A stretch of DNA of 64,000 nucleotides from Eledone cirrhosa (Eukaryota): positions 148,490,001 to 148,554,000 of the forward strand of contig OZ024740.1 of assembly GCA_964016885.1 (NCBI GenBank), in the 5' to 3' direction. Under the pieces are notes generated by a model. The model was not told the DNA's origin. It made no database searches and saw nothing but the letters and a program-made list of their open reading frames with translations. Both the position numbers and the translations under genes were made by a program. Below are positions 43,920 to 58,592 of the stretch, in pieces. Positions within the stretch are counted from its first letter, which is position 1. Every line of letters starts with the position of its first letter.

Positions 43920-44340
43920 AGTGTAACGTGCAGTTACTGTAGGTTCACCCTAATGACCACTTGATGCGTGGTTTCCAGTCTGAAAAGAGGTATAGAACTA
44001 AGCAGAGTGTAAATATAATACTATAAAGACGATTTGTTAAGTCTTCATTACGTTTATTGAGTAGTGACACGCGTTTCGCTATAGATCAGTTCAAGGTTCG
44101 ATCTGTATCCATCTAGCCCGACTCTGGAATCAAAAGCTTATCGGACCTCTGCTGTGGTCATTACCCCAGTAGCCACGCACGTTTCGCAATTGATCAGCTC
44201 AAGGTTCGATTTGTATCGATCTAGCCCGACTCTAGAATCAAAAACTCGTCGAACCTTGAGCTAATCAATAGCGAAACTCGCGTCACTACACAATAAACGT
44301 AATGAAGACATAACAAATCAACCTTCTATAATTATTTTAT
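43918..44340. repeat. Family F-related cassette: two tandem HHR-like units (minus strand) plus an inverted partial copy
   Basis: Units ~44050-44135 and ~44160-44240 share gtttcgc..gatcag.tcaaggttcgat..ctagcccgactct. The fold-back arm runs from ~44239 and contains GAAAC TCGC GTC ACTAC. Confidence 0.7.
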
Positions 44341-44354
44341 TATTTTATTATTAT

Positions 44355-44399
<45 letters not shown>

Positions 44400-44472
44400 A
44401 AAAGAGTCAGGACCCCGACGGCTGAACTCAGGCCGTTTCGACAGCTAGATTCGTATATATATATATATATAT

Positions 44473-44720
44473 ATATTATTCAAAATATTAAAAAATGAAG
44501 ATATTCACGTAATCAAAATATATGTTTTATTATATATATTTCGAAGGTACTGTGTTGTTTTTTCAGTATGTCCTCGTCAGATAAAATATATGATTTAAAT
44601 CATATATTTTATCTGACGGGGACGTACTGAAAAAACAACACAATACCTTCGAAATATATATAATAAAGCATATATTTTGATTACGTGAATATCTTCATTT
44701 TTTAATATTTTGAATAATAT
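44473..44720. repeat. Spacer-less 124-bp-arm palindrome carrying two minimal HHRs (44521-44590 minus, 44603-44672 plus)
   Basis: Apex gattt|aaatc at 44596/44597. The minus copy reads TATATTTTAT-CTGACGA-GGAC...CTTC-GAAA-TATATA-TA-ATAAAACATA. Confidence 0.88.
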
Positions 44721-44813
44721 TAAAAACTCCAGGAAAATTGTAAATGTTGAGTGCTTTTAATCTATTGTAAAACTGTGTCCATTGAATAATCAATGAACCA
44801 TATTAATCTTTGG

Positions 44814-44880
<67 letters not shown>

Positions 44881-44881
44881 A

Positions 44882-44961
44882 TATAGAAATGGCTTCTACA
44901 AGGTTTCCTGATAATTTCTTCCGAATGAAACTGTTCTAGTCCTGTAGAAGCCATTTCTATA
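44882..44961 (+). ncRNA. HHR-like motif (family B)
   Basis: CTGATAA-TTTC TTCC GAAT-GAAAC TG TTC TA GTC, enclosed by a 19-bp helix tatagaaatggcttctaca/tgtagaagccatttctata that is offset from the core by a bulge. Confidence 0.55.
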
Positions 44962-45042
44962 CCAAATATTTATACTCTGCTATGTATTGAGTACCTTGCA
45001 TAGTGTGGTTACCCCCGATTGAACCTGGGATAAACACATATA

Positions 45043-45099
<57 letters not shown>

Positions 45100-45109
45100 C
45101 TTCATCATC

Positions 45110-45875
45110 ATTATCATCATCGTTTAACGTCTATCTTCCACGCTAGAATGGGTTTAGACGGGAATTGTCCCACTAGAGGCGAGATTGGTTGTGTTGCTCG
45201 TATAGGTCTGTCTGGCAGGTTTTCTACGGCTGGATTCCTTTCCTAACACCAACCACGTTTACAGTGTGGACTGGGAGGTTGTTCCCGTGTTACCTACACG
45301 GCCACATTACAGCGTGGACTGTGTGGTTTTTTTTTCGTGACACCTACACGACCTCATTTATTTAGGACCGGATGTTGTGGTACCAACATAACTTTACAGA
45401 GAAAGGGGCTGGTGTAGACGGGGGTGGGGGTAGTGGTAGTGGGATGGGGTGTATTTTTGGTTACGAGATGCCTACTGACTGTAGGCTTCGCTTTGTACTT
45501 AGGCAAGGCGGGTTTTCTCTATTACTGTGTAGTGCCAAAGATCTCGGACGGGTGACATTGTCTTGGAGAGGTGTAAGTGTGTAAGGTCGGAATTTATCAA
45601 ATCGTCCCAGGTTTTTCTGGGTCTGCCTACTCCGTAGCTTCCATCAATTTTGATCATCCTGCACTTTTTTATACAGCTGTCGTCTTTCATGCGCATCACG
45701 TGACCATACCTACGTAGTCTTCTCTCGGGTAAACAGTATCTGATCCCTCTTATTCCTAATTTCTCACTTAGTTCATTTATGCTTTGCCGTTCACGTATAT
45801 TACTATTACACATCCAACGGAGCATGCAAGCTTCGTTCCTCTCCAGTCTGCGCTGATCCTCTGCACACAATGCCC
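45110..45875 (-). mobile_element. RTE-clade LINE 3' fragment
   Basis: RRLERNEACMLRWMC..LGIRGI..RRLRRYGHVMRM..GRPRKTW. Confidence 0.85.
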
Positions 45876-45931
45876 GTATATATATATACCAATATAATAA
45901 TAAATGGAAACTATATTTATAAAACCATATT

Positions 45932-45996
45932 TATTTTATTATATATATTTCAAGGGCGACCAAGCAAATCGAGGTGCGCTTTCATCAGATAAAATA
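45932..45996 (-). ncRNA. Minimal type I HHR (family D)
   Basis: TATTTTAT-CTGATGA-AAGCGCACC..GGTCGCCCTT-GAAA-TATATA-TA-ATAAAATA. Confidence 0.88.
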
Positions 45997-46140
45997 CAAA
46001 ATTTGTTTTATAAATAATGACGTACCCATGGAAATCATACCTTAACGGTCCGAAAATTCGCTCCAGTAACTTGTTGAGTGCTCTATATCAGTTATAAACA
46101 TTTATGTTTGTCGAAATTCCAACAAATTAAATACAACTCC

Positions 46141-46233
<93 letters not shown>

Positions 46234-49200
46234 AGTAGCAATAATAAATTCATATAAAGAAACCTATGTATTTTTTGAAAACAACTATTTATGTTATACA
46301 ATTTCGAATTCTCTTTATAAGAGGCTAATCTATTTCCTTTCCCATTTCCCATAACCTGACGCTCCTTTAAAAGCTTCTTCAAAGTGACAAGTGTTGAAGA
46401 CTAACTTCTTGTATTGGGAAAATCATTTCCATTCGAAAACCACAGAGTGAGACTTCTTGGGAAGTCTTGTCATCACATGTTCGTTATATTTTTCTGTCAT
46501 CCATTCAACTTCCACTTATACCGTAAAACATTTATGTTGAATTTGAAGTTATATTTTTTCTCAGCACAAAGTTTTCCCCAGGGATATAAAAAAATAGAGC
46601 AGAAACTGAGGAAAAATGCTTGTGCGGAGGAAATTGAAGAGAACACTACAAAGAATGAAATAAACAAACCATTACCGTTTACATATACATGTATGGTAGT
46701 TTTAGCGAAGCCGGCGCCCTGAACATTTTTTATATTCTGATTCACAATATTTCTGTTTGTCGTCACGCAAAGCTTTGAACATCACAGCCTTTTTCTTTCC
46801 TTTCTTTTAACTGAATAGAAGTTATAAGCTGTTTTATATGTTAATTAAGGCAAAAGGACCATAATTTTATTTAGAGACCTAGATGCGCAATCCTGACACG
46901 AAGCGTATCTCTTGGACATTTGACCTAAGAAATTCAATAGACTTGTTATTGAAATGGTGAAACTAAATCTGACCAATGTGAGGGAGGTAAATTCTACTGA
47001 TGCTTGAATTCGTTCATTCTAAATCATTTGCGACCGTTGCTTTGAGAAAACAACAAGAAACTTCAGCACTGAGTATATAAAAAAATCTAAATAATAGAAG
47101 TAAGCTTTATTCCATCGTTATGTTTTTCTGTTTTTTTTTCTGTTAAAGAAACTATAGGTTAATTAGTCTCTCATTGAGAAAAATCTCCCAGAGAAGCAAT
47201 ATCTATAATTAGATCTCTTACTATAATTATCTATAAATAGATCTCCATATCATGGTTTTATATATGGAAGAATTCTTATTAGAACCACTAATAATTGAAG
47301 AATTCACCATACTCTTTAGTTTAATTCTTCAAAATCTAAATTGACCAAGAAATCAGGCATATTGTTCCATTTGCCGAGGCAGCATGCTGTAATAAAAACA
47401 CGCGTGGCGTTACGTGATAAAAGAATCTCCTAGCATATTAGGACTATGTGACAGGTTCATAATGTCGCTAGAAATAGCTGCCAAAAGGCCGCTGCGAACA
47501 AATCGACAAACTAAGAAGTAGTTTAATAATAATTAAAAGTTAATTAGTCTCTAATACATAAACATCTCAAAGAGATGAATCTATCAAAGAAGCTATTTTG
47601 CCTGATATAAACATTGAGCAATCGCTTCTTTCCGAGCCTGATTCTTTAAGTCTGTTTCACCTTTGAGAATTGATTCCAAAGTTCTACATTATATATATAG
47701 TATAATTTTTTTTACATTTCATTTTTAATGTCATTGATAACTTACTTTGGTAAGAAACATTATCGCGGCGAATTGGCAGAGTAGTTAGAACGTCGGATAG
47801 AGCACTTTCTGGGGGTCCTTTTGGCTCCCTGTTCTCTGAGTCAAAATCTCGCCAAGATCAACTTTGCATTAGAATGATCAAGAAGCACCGTATGACTCCA
47901 ACCAGAATTACGGGACATACCATACCAAGAAACATTAAAGCCATTCGAATATTAAACATAGCGAGTTCATTTTTCAAACTCAACTTAATCAGAAAATGAA
48001 GTGCATCTTAATCGTTAAACGTAAAGTATAATGTTTTAAACAGTTGATGGCGTCGGACGGGTGCAGTTCTGATTCATGACGTGACGGGGACATTTTAAAC
48101 CTGGCGGATCCATACCCTGTTCTGATCGGAGCACAGCAAATTCCTTCCAGATAAACATAGATAAAAAGGAAGAATTGACTCATTTTTGTATTCATGTTAT
48201 ATTTATTGATATTGAAAGGCAAAAATTGAGGTCGGCGGGATTCGAACTCAGCGCGCAATGAGATAGGACGAATACCGAGGAATTTTAATCTGATGCTCTG
48301 CCAATTCTCTACCTTATCATAGCCATTAGGAATTTGTAAAATGGAGCATATATTTTTCCATTTATCTGACTTAACATTAGTATTTAAGTAGAGCTATAAA
48401 TATATTTTTTGTAAGCTGGGGAAATATTTTGAATTGAGTCCATAAAATTACCATAGAAATATTTTCAAATATTTACTTTCCAGAAAAATATATTTGGGCT
48501 TTAAATACGTTCTACGTTTTGGTTAATTAAATTATATCGAGCAACTGCATTAATTGAAAGACGTAATGTTTTTCACATTGGTGGTATTTCCTTTTTGCTA
48601 CCAAATACTAGCTGTATAACATAGTTTTGGTATAATGGAGTACCCTTATATACATACATAATGGCAGATTCTAGAGCATGTGAAATGAAATATATTAGAT
48701 AATATCAGAAGAATGAGAGAAGATAACATATCTTCACTCCAGGGAAAATGAAAAATGTTTCCTTAAACCAAGACAAGAGCTGATAAAATCATGTGTATTA
48801 TATACGTTAGCGAGAAATCTGCCACGTTTATTTCGAGCGTAATTTTAATAGAGTAAATCATGTTTTTAACGAGATATTAATGTTTGATATCAAGTGCTAA
48901 TTTTATAACAGGGTATCAAATGTTAAAATGAGCTCATATCGTATCTCAAAGTTTGTCATTCAGTAATTCTATGATACGTTTCGAATCCACGCTATTAACT
49001 TAGATCGTTGGGAAACATGTAAATGCTACATCTAATTCCTCTCTGAAACTTCGCATCGATTTAAGATATATGGTATTATTTTAGATAAAAGGTGAGAAGA
49101 GAAATAATATTTACCTTCTAACATAAATAACAAACTTTGCATATAAATGTTGCCATGATACGTACTTCTTCAGAATCGGTTCAGAATCGACACATATCTG

Positions 49201-49949
49201 GAAGACAATTGTAACGGGTTATTTCCGTGTGCGGAATACTACCCAATAAAAGACTGTGAAATACAATAATTGTTTCTACTTTTGGTACAAGGCCAGCAAT
49301 TATCCATTGCATTACTGGTACTTTATTTTATCGACCCCGTAAGGATGAAAGGCAAAGTTAACCTCGACGGGATTTGAACTCAGACTGTAAAGGGACGTAA
49401 CTATGCTAGAAAGCATGGCGTCCAACCCTCTACCGATACTGCCAATTCACCGGCTAGGAAATGCAATAATGCTGATAGGAAAGTTTACGAGTCATCAGAA
49501 ACGATTTCACACTTTACAATCATCATGATTTTATCTTACTCACTCGGAACCTCAAGCACATTAGATAGATGCAGACTAATGCATATAAGGACAAGTAGTT
49601 CGAAATTGTGTGAATTGTAACAAAAAAAATATCACTTTCAGTTAAATGTCCCAGAAAGACCGCAAAATGCTACCAAATATATTTATCTCAACATTTATTG
49701 ATAATAATGTTTAATTTAAGCAATTGGTCAATAATTTTGTGGGTAAATGGGATGTCGATATTATCAAAATACTGGAACTTCATTTTATCCTCATCGAAAT
49801 GATGAAAGTCAAACTTGATCTCGGTGGTATATCAAATCAATGTAGACGGTCATAATGAAATACTGCAATACCTTTCATCCGACGAACTACCGATTCTGCC
49901 AATCCAACGAACTACATTTATTGATAATGAATTTATATCTACACCAGAC

Positions 49950-51150
49950 AGACCTAACGTCATTCATGTAGTATAGTTTTCCTCATGCCCAACCTCTCTG
50001 ATTTTATTATGCCATATCGAAATACCACATCTAAAAAATGACTATTCATTTCATTAAAATTATTTTGTGAATCGCTAAAAAGTGCTGTTTTGGGTCATTA
50101 GATAACTTATGCTCAACTTTATTAATTTATCTTACATTTTGTTAGGCGCCGTTGCAATTCCCCATAGATTTGACCAAAATTGTGTGGATTATTCAGCATT
50201 AGGTCAACTTCTGCATTATTTTCCCCTGACAGTGCTCTGAAGAACATTTTCTGATGTGCAGAAAAGAATCTGATCTGTTCGTATTGTTTTTGTCTATTTG
50301 TACAGCGCCTAACACGATTAGGTTTTGTACAGCGCCTAACACGATTAGGTTTTGCCTTAATTCGCTGTTTCATTTCTTCCATCACTACATTCAAACCTTT
50401 CAACTTTATTACATACTTCATGTCCATGCCTCATTTCTCCCCTACTGTGGCCTTATTCTCTTCCCCTCTATGTCATGTATCTCTTTTACCTAGATCTTTC
50501 CTGATCTGCGTTATAACACCTTCCATTCTTAACTTCCACCAGGGTTCCTTACATTTCTTCTTTTCGGTTTGTTTAATACCTAATCGTTCACTCACCAGAA
50601 ACCCTGCAGCACTAATTAACTTTATCGAGTCGGTGATACCATTGATTTCTATGTACTTTATTGCATGGTTTATTGTGGCTGTTTCAGTTGATAAACGACT
50701 TCTCTCTCTATTCGAACAGTATGCGGCATCTTATTGAATCCAGGATCATTAAACAGATCTCTCAACCTTGTTTCTCCCTTTTCATCATTTTCATTTCCCT
50801 TCACACTTTCAATGTCTACATCATAAGTCACCTTATTTTCCACTCTCTCCACATTTAGTAGTTTATCATTTGTCCCACTAAACAGCATTTTGGTAGGCTA
50901 ATCCTTCCTCAGTTGATTCATTTTCATAGCATTCTCTATTTTTTCCGCTTTCCACATTCGTATCATCTAAGTTGCCTTCAGTATTCATACTTTGAAATTA
51001 GACTGTCATGGCCTCTAATTCATCCTTGGTGAGCCAATTACTCGGTTTAATTTTCCTTACCTGTACTATCAAATTTTTCACACTGATTTCAAACATTCCA
51101 AATCTGTTCCAATGGTGAAGTATTCGTTCATCCATATCACGTGCTCCTCT
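49950..51150 (-). mobile_element. R4/Dong-like LINE, N-terminal pre-RT fragment
   Basis: KGLNVVMEEMKQRIKAK..RQKQYEQIRFF..QKMFFRAL and EPWWK. Contains a 28-bp tandem duplication near 50300. Confidence 0.65.
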
Positions 51151-51629
51151 TCCTTTTGGAAGAAAGTGACACTTGATTGCGATTTTAATATCTTTGCTCC
51201 ATTTCCTTCTGCCTCAGATTTCATTGTTTCGTTTTACTTTTCAGAGACTGTGCTTGTTTTGGTAGCGGCGCTGTCTGGGATAGGGTTTAGAATGGAGTTA
51301 TTAGAAAGTGTTACTTTTTTCAAATGATTCTGTTGTTATTATTGAGGCGGTTGTGGTGGTGGTGGCAGTAGTGTGGGTGTCATTGTGGCTGTTAGTCATT
51401 GTTTTATTATTATTAGATTGGCAGTATCGGCAGAATGTCGGACAACATGCTTCGTGGCATAGAGTTACGGCCATTTACGTTCTGAGTTCAAATCCTACCG
51501 AGGTTAGCTTTGCCTTTTATCCTTACGAGTTCGATAAAACGAAGTACCAGTCACGCACTGGGTTCGATTTAATCAAATTGCTGGTCTTGTGCCTAAAATT
51601 AGAAGCAATTATTATTATTGGTGTTGTTC

Positions 51630-53330
51630 ATTTTTGTAAATCTCAGACACTTAGATGTTCAACGATCTGGGTATTTCAGTTACGGAGCAGACATGTTGAC
51701 AAATGTCCTTCGTTAAATGCACTCCATAGACAAGACTTTCCTTAAAATCCATGTTGCGAAATTGAGTGCTGACTTCTGCATGACCTTGCATCAATTCCGA
51801 TTCTATTTACAGTCCTCAAAATTGTCCGATATATATCCCAATGTTCTGATCACCACTGGAATCACTAAACGTACTTCATCCCCAACAATGTTCCAACCTC
51901 CTCCTTCAGTGGCTCACATTTCTCCCTCTTTTCATTCTTTTTATCATTCACTTTACAATTTACTGTGACAGATAAATCGATAATGTGGGCCATTTTTTCT
52001 TGTTCCCAACTAAAATATCTGGCTTTCTTGTCGCAATCATGCTATCACATTTAATGGTGAAGTCCCAGAAAAACTTAGATTCGTCATTCTCTAACATTCT
52101 CTGCTCATGCCATTTAGTTGCTCTAAAAATCTCACATTTCTCAGATATCATCTGGTAAAATTATCGTGTCTTTTGTACTCTCGCTGTGCCAACTTATCAC
52201 TGACCGTATCTCCTTTTGTTCCACAGATTCTACATAATAGTAATTTTATTGTTTTGTCAACCTGATTTTTAATGTAGTTAGTTTGATGAGCCTGCTCTTG
52301 GGAGCTGGACACCAGAGTTTCAGTGCATTCCTTCAGATTGTCATTGTTATGCAACGACAAACTCTCCTGCCAATCAATGCCTACTTTATCTCTAGAGTAC
52401 TGTCCATGCTTAAGTGTAGCGTTCCATTCACTTTCAAGTTCTTTCTTTACTCTCTTCATGCCTTCATTGGGTGCTACTGCATAAGCATATTTCAGTGTGT
52501 CGAGTTCTCTTACTATTGACATAATGTTACCCCTGACATTTTAAAGCTACCAAGATAGGTTGTTTTCTTTGCTTTTGTCATAATTTTCGCAACCTATTAG
52601 CCTTCTACCTCCTTTCTTTCTTCCAACATAAAGTCTTGCGACATTATTCTTTCGGTGTAGTTCTTTATGCGTTATCATCAATTTCCTAGTTTTCCTATCA
52701 ATACTTTCTAATTCATCTTTCCTTCATTTAATAATTACTGTCCTATTGGGAATGAGAGACACAGCCTACATATCTTTTACCTTGTTCTGATTCCTTCTAT
52801 TCAATTTAGACGACATTATAGTTGTTTAACATGGCATTCATCTGTGCTTCAATTCACTCATATAAAATCCCTGGATCCCATCACGTCCAGGAGCCTTCCA
52901 ATTGGGATTATTTTTTCTTACATGGATACCAATGTTGTTATTCCAATCCCTTTTTATTACACATTTGTTTTATTTCCCCTCAATTCCTTCAACTATTTAC
53001 TTTTATTCTCGAGGTTTTGGTACACCCTTTTTTATACTGAAATATTCTATAGATTCTGTATTGCTGAGTTCTTTATTCAAATCTTCTCAGCTTGGACACC
53101 TTGGACTGCATCCTTTATTTCAACTCCTCAATAATGACGTTTACCTCCCTCCTGTGCATTATAATTATTTTCTCTTTCAAATTGTTTATTCTTATTCTTT
53201 ATTTCCTTTCCCTTTTTACGTTCCAAGGTGTTAATATACCTTCTTAATTCGTTGATTCTCTAATTAATTCTTTACTTCTACCATGGCCCTCTCCATTTTT
53301 CCCATTCTATGGATTTACAAATCCCATTTT
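51630..53330 (-). mobile_element. R4/Dong-like LINE, decayed RT-to-REL region
   Basis: HGQY..LKECTETLV..QEQA.QTNY..CRICG, YKRHD, FFWDFTIKCD..RKPDILV. Confidence 0.75.
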
Positions 53331-53379
53331 CCTTACAACAAACACAAAGTTAGCTTCTTGCTATTCTTGGTCTCCTGGG

Positions 53380-54200
53380 AGGTTCGTAGGGGCAGAGTAC
53401 TCAAATACACCTTCTAGTGGGTCCTGTCAGAAGCTATCTCCTCCAACTGATCAGGCTGGATCTCTAAGCGAGACCAGCCAAGCTCATGGATGTTATCCAA
53501 CCATCTTGCTCGGAATCTACCCCTGGGCTTCCTGCCGGTTGATCTTTGCTCGTAAAATATGTTCAGCGATTCTTTCCTGAGACATTCTAACCGCATGCTC
53601 GTAAAATCGGAGGTGTGATCTCTCAATTCGGAGAAGTAGAGGCTCTACCTGGGGTGACTTTCTGATCTCTGAGCTACTTTCGGTCATTACCCAAGATTCA
53701 TAACCATAGTTAAGGGTTGGTACGAATCCCGAATTAAAGAGAGTGAATTTGGCTTTTACGCTTATCTCTCTTCTGATTACTGAATGCGGAAGCTGGCACA
53801 TTACTGCACCAGATCCTGCAATTCTCTCACTTACTTCATCCAAAGTTGGTGGTAGCGTTTCCACTGGTGTATCTGCTGTTGGTGTTGCCGGTGGTTGACG
53901 CCTCGGCATCAGAAGCAGTCGAGACTTACCACCCCTTGCATTTTTTAGCTGAAGACAGAAGGCTCTCACTATGTACTCGGTGTTATCTCTGATGCACCTC
54001 AGTGCAGCTTCAATTTCAGCTTGGGGAATGATCGCCACTTTTTTAGTCTGCAGTGAAATGCATCTAAAATCTCCCGTTCTCCTCTCCATTGCCTCTATTG
54101 CCCCTTCCGGGACGGGTAAGTTTGTCAGGTTTTGTTCTTTGTTAATGAGCTTCCATGCCTGGTCAACTTTTTCTTTTTTTGGCTAAGGTCCATGCTAAAG
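53380..54200 (-). mobile_element. RTE-clade LINE fragments
   Basis: VPTLNYGYESWVMT, VEPLLLRIERSHLRF and GRKPRGRFRARWLD. ORF 53517-54089 is a chimera of pieces. Confidence 0.75.
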
Positions 54201-56449
54201 AATGGCCTTTTTTCTTTTGGCTGCTGCAGCAGTTTGACTGTTGCCTGTCACATTGTTGATGATGATGGTGGTTTTGTCGTTGTTGTTGTTGGTTTTGTCG
54301 TTCTTGTTGTTGGTCTTGTTGTCGTTGCTGCTTTCACCCTTCAAGTTGTTCTTGTTGTTGGCGTTGTTGTTGTCATCACCGTTGCAGTTAATGATGGTGT
54401 TGTTCTTGGTGTAGTTGTTTTTGTTTTCGTTGTTGCAGTTGGTGTTGCTGTTGTTTTCTTCACTTATTTCGTTGTGGCTGTTGGTGCTGTCGTCGTTGAT
54501 ATTGTTGTTTGTGATGTTGCTAATATTGTTGTAACATGTTTGTAATTGTTACTTTTTTGTGTCCACAATGGTACTTGTTGTATTAACTCTCCTCTCAACC
54601 TTTAAGATGCCGTCACGGGATGGCAGAATCAATGTTGGGGTGTGTGTCTTTTCCATGTTTTTTTTTAAAGAAAAAGAAAATATAAATCAGTTCAAACGTC
54701 CAAATATTTGAGCCAAAAGGCCCAAATATTATAAAATCACCCCTTAACAGAACAAAGACGGAATTCTTACGATCCATTTTCAAAACAATATAACAATTAA
54801 TACAAATGAAAAGTCTTGAAAATACACTACCTTGCGGAGCTTACAATAATACGTCTTAACTGTCTGACAGCTAATAATAATAATAATTATAATTGTTTCT
54901 ACTTTTGGCACAAGTCCAGCAATTACCCCAGTGTATTATTGGTACTTTATAATAATAATAAGAGCAGTGGATTGACTGTATCAGTAGAGACTCGGACAAC
55001 ATGCCGTTGAATCCCTCTAAGGTTAGCTTTGCATTTCATCATTATTGGCGTTATGCCTAAATCATTATGATGATGATACCTTGCTTAACATCAAGCTACT
55101 GCAATTTGTTTGATCAATATTGCAGCTTAACGTTGAAGTAAATATATTGGCTATGCATACAAAGTTTGACTTAGAGAACCAGGTGAAACAGGAGTTTTGT
55201 ATAAGCCCTTATGATTGGTGGATTGCTTTCAACTTAAGGAATTTTCATCACTTGTAAAAAACCGGACATTTTATTTTCATCAAAACACAAAGATATTCTT
55301 CTTGATTCATCGAGTTCCCATCGCGCAATACTGATTTCTCGCATATATTCAAGACCTCGGATTAAAGCAAACGCGACCTTCGTGCCTTTCTGCAAAATAA
55401 TAGAGAAACATCTTGTAGAATTGTAATCTTTATTCTTCTTAAACAATAAAGTTGTTTAACACACTCTAAATAAAGCTGTGTAGAGAGATATATAATATAT
55501 AATCACAGTATGTTTAGGATGATAAATAAATGTGACATTATTTGACGCTATGTAAATGTTAGGTCAATAAACATTTTCTTCAAAGTTTGCCCTCTTAACA
55601 TGAAATAAATAGCAATATCAACTACACTCAGTTTTTTTGTTTTTTTTTTCATACTGGTACAAAACTTACACTACAAAAATCCATGTTTGCAATTGGTGTT
55701 TCACGTGCTTTTAATCGTTTTCAGGTGGTGAAGTTACTAAATGGAAAGTGGTGGAATAAGGTGAGTGATAAACAAGCAGTAATTCTTGGTAAAATATTTC
55801 CAACAAAGTGAAGAGAACCCAAACAATATCATTTGTGACTTCCAGCAACCATGTTCTTTTTTTTCTTTTGATCTTTCAACTCCTATTTAAACTGTCTCTA
55901 GAGCTTTAACAATCGATCGACCATCTCAATTTATATCACAAGAAGTGGCGTTTAGTGAATTCCTTTCTTTGTCTAGTTAGTAAAAGCAGCTGCTGCTCGA
56001 GAAAGACTTCTGTTTCAAACAGACAGACTAACTTTTTATACAGGAGGTGAGTCCACAGATTGAGCAATCATTCCTGACAGCACGCTATCTAACTTATGTT
56101 AGGAACGCAATATCTTTGCATTCTATAGGAGAAATCCTTCTCTGATGTCACTGATATGGCGCAGAAGGCGGAAAGAGACTCTGTGTGTTCGTGTGTAGAA
56201 CTGCTTGTGTGTGAGTTTGTGTTTGTATTTGAGTGCGTGTGTATATGTGTGCGCGCGCGTGTGTGTGAGTGCGAGGGCGCGCGTATTCTAATATAGAAAA
56301 TGCAATGTTTTTCTTTTTTTTCTGAAGTTCTTAACATACTAAAAGGGGATATTTAAAGTGTCTGGAAGTCTTTTATATATCAAGTTATCTGATCAGACCC
56401 TCTAGAAATTTCGGTGAGACTGTTAATGAGGAATGTCTTTGTGCGTACA

Positions 56450-56539
<90 letters not shown>

Positions 56540-58240
56540 GTGTGTTGTGTGTGTGTGTGTGTGTGTGTTTGCGTACTACTAAGTGAAGATAATGCGAAAT
56601 ATTAAAGACAACACTTGATAATTTGGCAATTATATTGCTAAAAGGCCACATCAATGTGAAATTAATCTTTCTAGATTTTTTACTATTAACACACTATAAA
56701 AGCTGTCGAGTTGGACGGATGAAATATCAATTTTTTACAAGCGATGGTTCTCAATAGGTTTAACTAAAATATAAAAATGACAACCATCATATTGCAATAG
56801 TGGGCGCTCAGAACTTGGTCACTCTACATGTTTAAAATTACAGCCAAATCTCTCTTAACATGCCTTACCGCCCTAACAATAACTTACACTGAATGAAGAC
56901 TTCTGTATATACTACGAGATGGGCATCGCTTGAATGTCTTTAATCAGGAGTTAACTCTACTGGGACTGATGTGGAGTCACAATAAAGATACCCGTAATAT
57001 TATAATGGTTTGCAGCCTCCCATTTGCCTTCAATTCTTTTAGCGTATGGATAAATGCTGCAACATCATTCCCAATAAATATGATACCTAGTATTTAGTTG
57101 AAAGATATAATGGATATAACTTGATTGAAAACATAAAGAAACAAATAAATATTGCAAGGTATTTTGTCCGTCGCTCTTTCAAATATATCAATCCACTGCC
57201 TTTCTATCTACAAATATACAGTTTACAATACGTTGATAGAAGAAGCTATCAAATCCATACTTGTTGAAGTTATTTAGTTTTATTTGCATTGGTTATTATT
57301 GTTTATTGCATTATCATAACTGTTTAGTATTCTGTGCTATTGCTTTAATGCATCGTTGACAAAAGATAAACAAGTCTGAACATTTAATAGTGGGCATGTA
57401 TTGAATCGTAACACCTAATGGAGTTTAGGCGCACCATCTTGGGTAATTTAAACTTGGTTGAGACCATCACATCTCTGTTTTCTGAACAATGTCAGTTTCT
57501 GCCAGAGAAAATGAAAAATAGAAAGTTTTCAGAGGATACAAGATGTAATATAATTCACCGATGTAGGCAGTAGCAATATTGTTGGCTGATGAGTAGATTT
57601 TAGTCTTGTACAGTTAACACAATAAACCAAAAAGAAGGAGACTAGCTATAAACGTTAAAACACCAAATTGAATCTACCGTGTTCAACTATTCTGCGTTCT
57701 CGGTTTAAGCTATACTGAAGACGATTTTGGCGATTATGACTCGGCAACGATAAACTATACTTTAGTAGGGCACTTAGATGAAATCAAATAAATATGCATC
57801 TTTACCTCTTAATCTTTCTGTATGTCTCCTTATTCCGCTCTCTCTCGCTCTATCTCTCTTTCAGTGTATATATATATATATGCCAACACAAGAGCAAGAA
57901 TGACGGGCTCATTCTACTTAAAAGACGATGTTTGCATAATTGCAAACGAATCGAATATTATTATTAATATTCGAAAAACTCAGATTACATTTATTGTATT
58001 CAGGCATGTAGAGCGATATTTTTTTGTTAGTTATTTGAATATGGCAAAGCTGACCATTCGTCGCTGGTATACAGGAAACTGACTGGCCAGTCCGCAAATC
58101 TGGCTGATCAGTGGATCTGCTAATATGCAGATCTGACTGATCAGCCAATCTGCTAATATGCGAATCAGGCCGATTAGTCACTGTATATTTGAGAAAATTT
58201 CATATATTTTCACTAGCTCTGACAGTTGGTTGGTGACTGT

Positions 58241-58291
58241 GAACTGCACTGATGAAGGTTAATCACTCAGAAACATTAGTGTCTGCAGTTC
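58241..58291 (+). ncRNA. Type I HHR with GUC triplet
   Basis: GAACTGCA-CTGATGA-AGGTTAATCACTCA-GAAAC A TTAG T GTC-TGCAGTTC. Perfect 8-bp stem I, weak stem II. Confidence 0.85.
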
Positions 58292-58406
58292 TGTTTACAT
58301 GCCAACACAAGACCAAGAATTAGGGGCTCATTCTACTGACGTAGCTTAAAAGAGGGTGTTTGCATAATTGCAAACGAATTGAATATCATTATTAATATTC
58401 GAAAAA

Positions 58407-58592
58407 GGGCGGTGGATTGGCAGTATCGGTAGAGGGTCGGACGCAATGCTTTGACGCATAGAGTTACGGCCCTTGCGATTCTGAGTTCAAATCCCGGCGA
58501 GGTTAACTTTGCCTTTTATCCTTACGGGGTCGATAAAATAAAGTACCAGTAATACACTGGTAATTGCTGGCCTTTTGCCAAAAGTAGAAACA
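58407..58592 (+). mobile_element. Full-length SINE family 1 copy with 19-bp TSD
   Basis: attattaatattcgaaaaa at 58388-58406 and 58593-58611. Confidence 0.92.
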
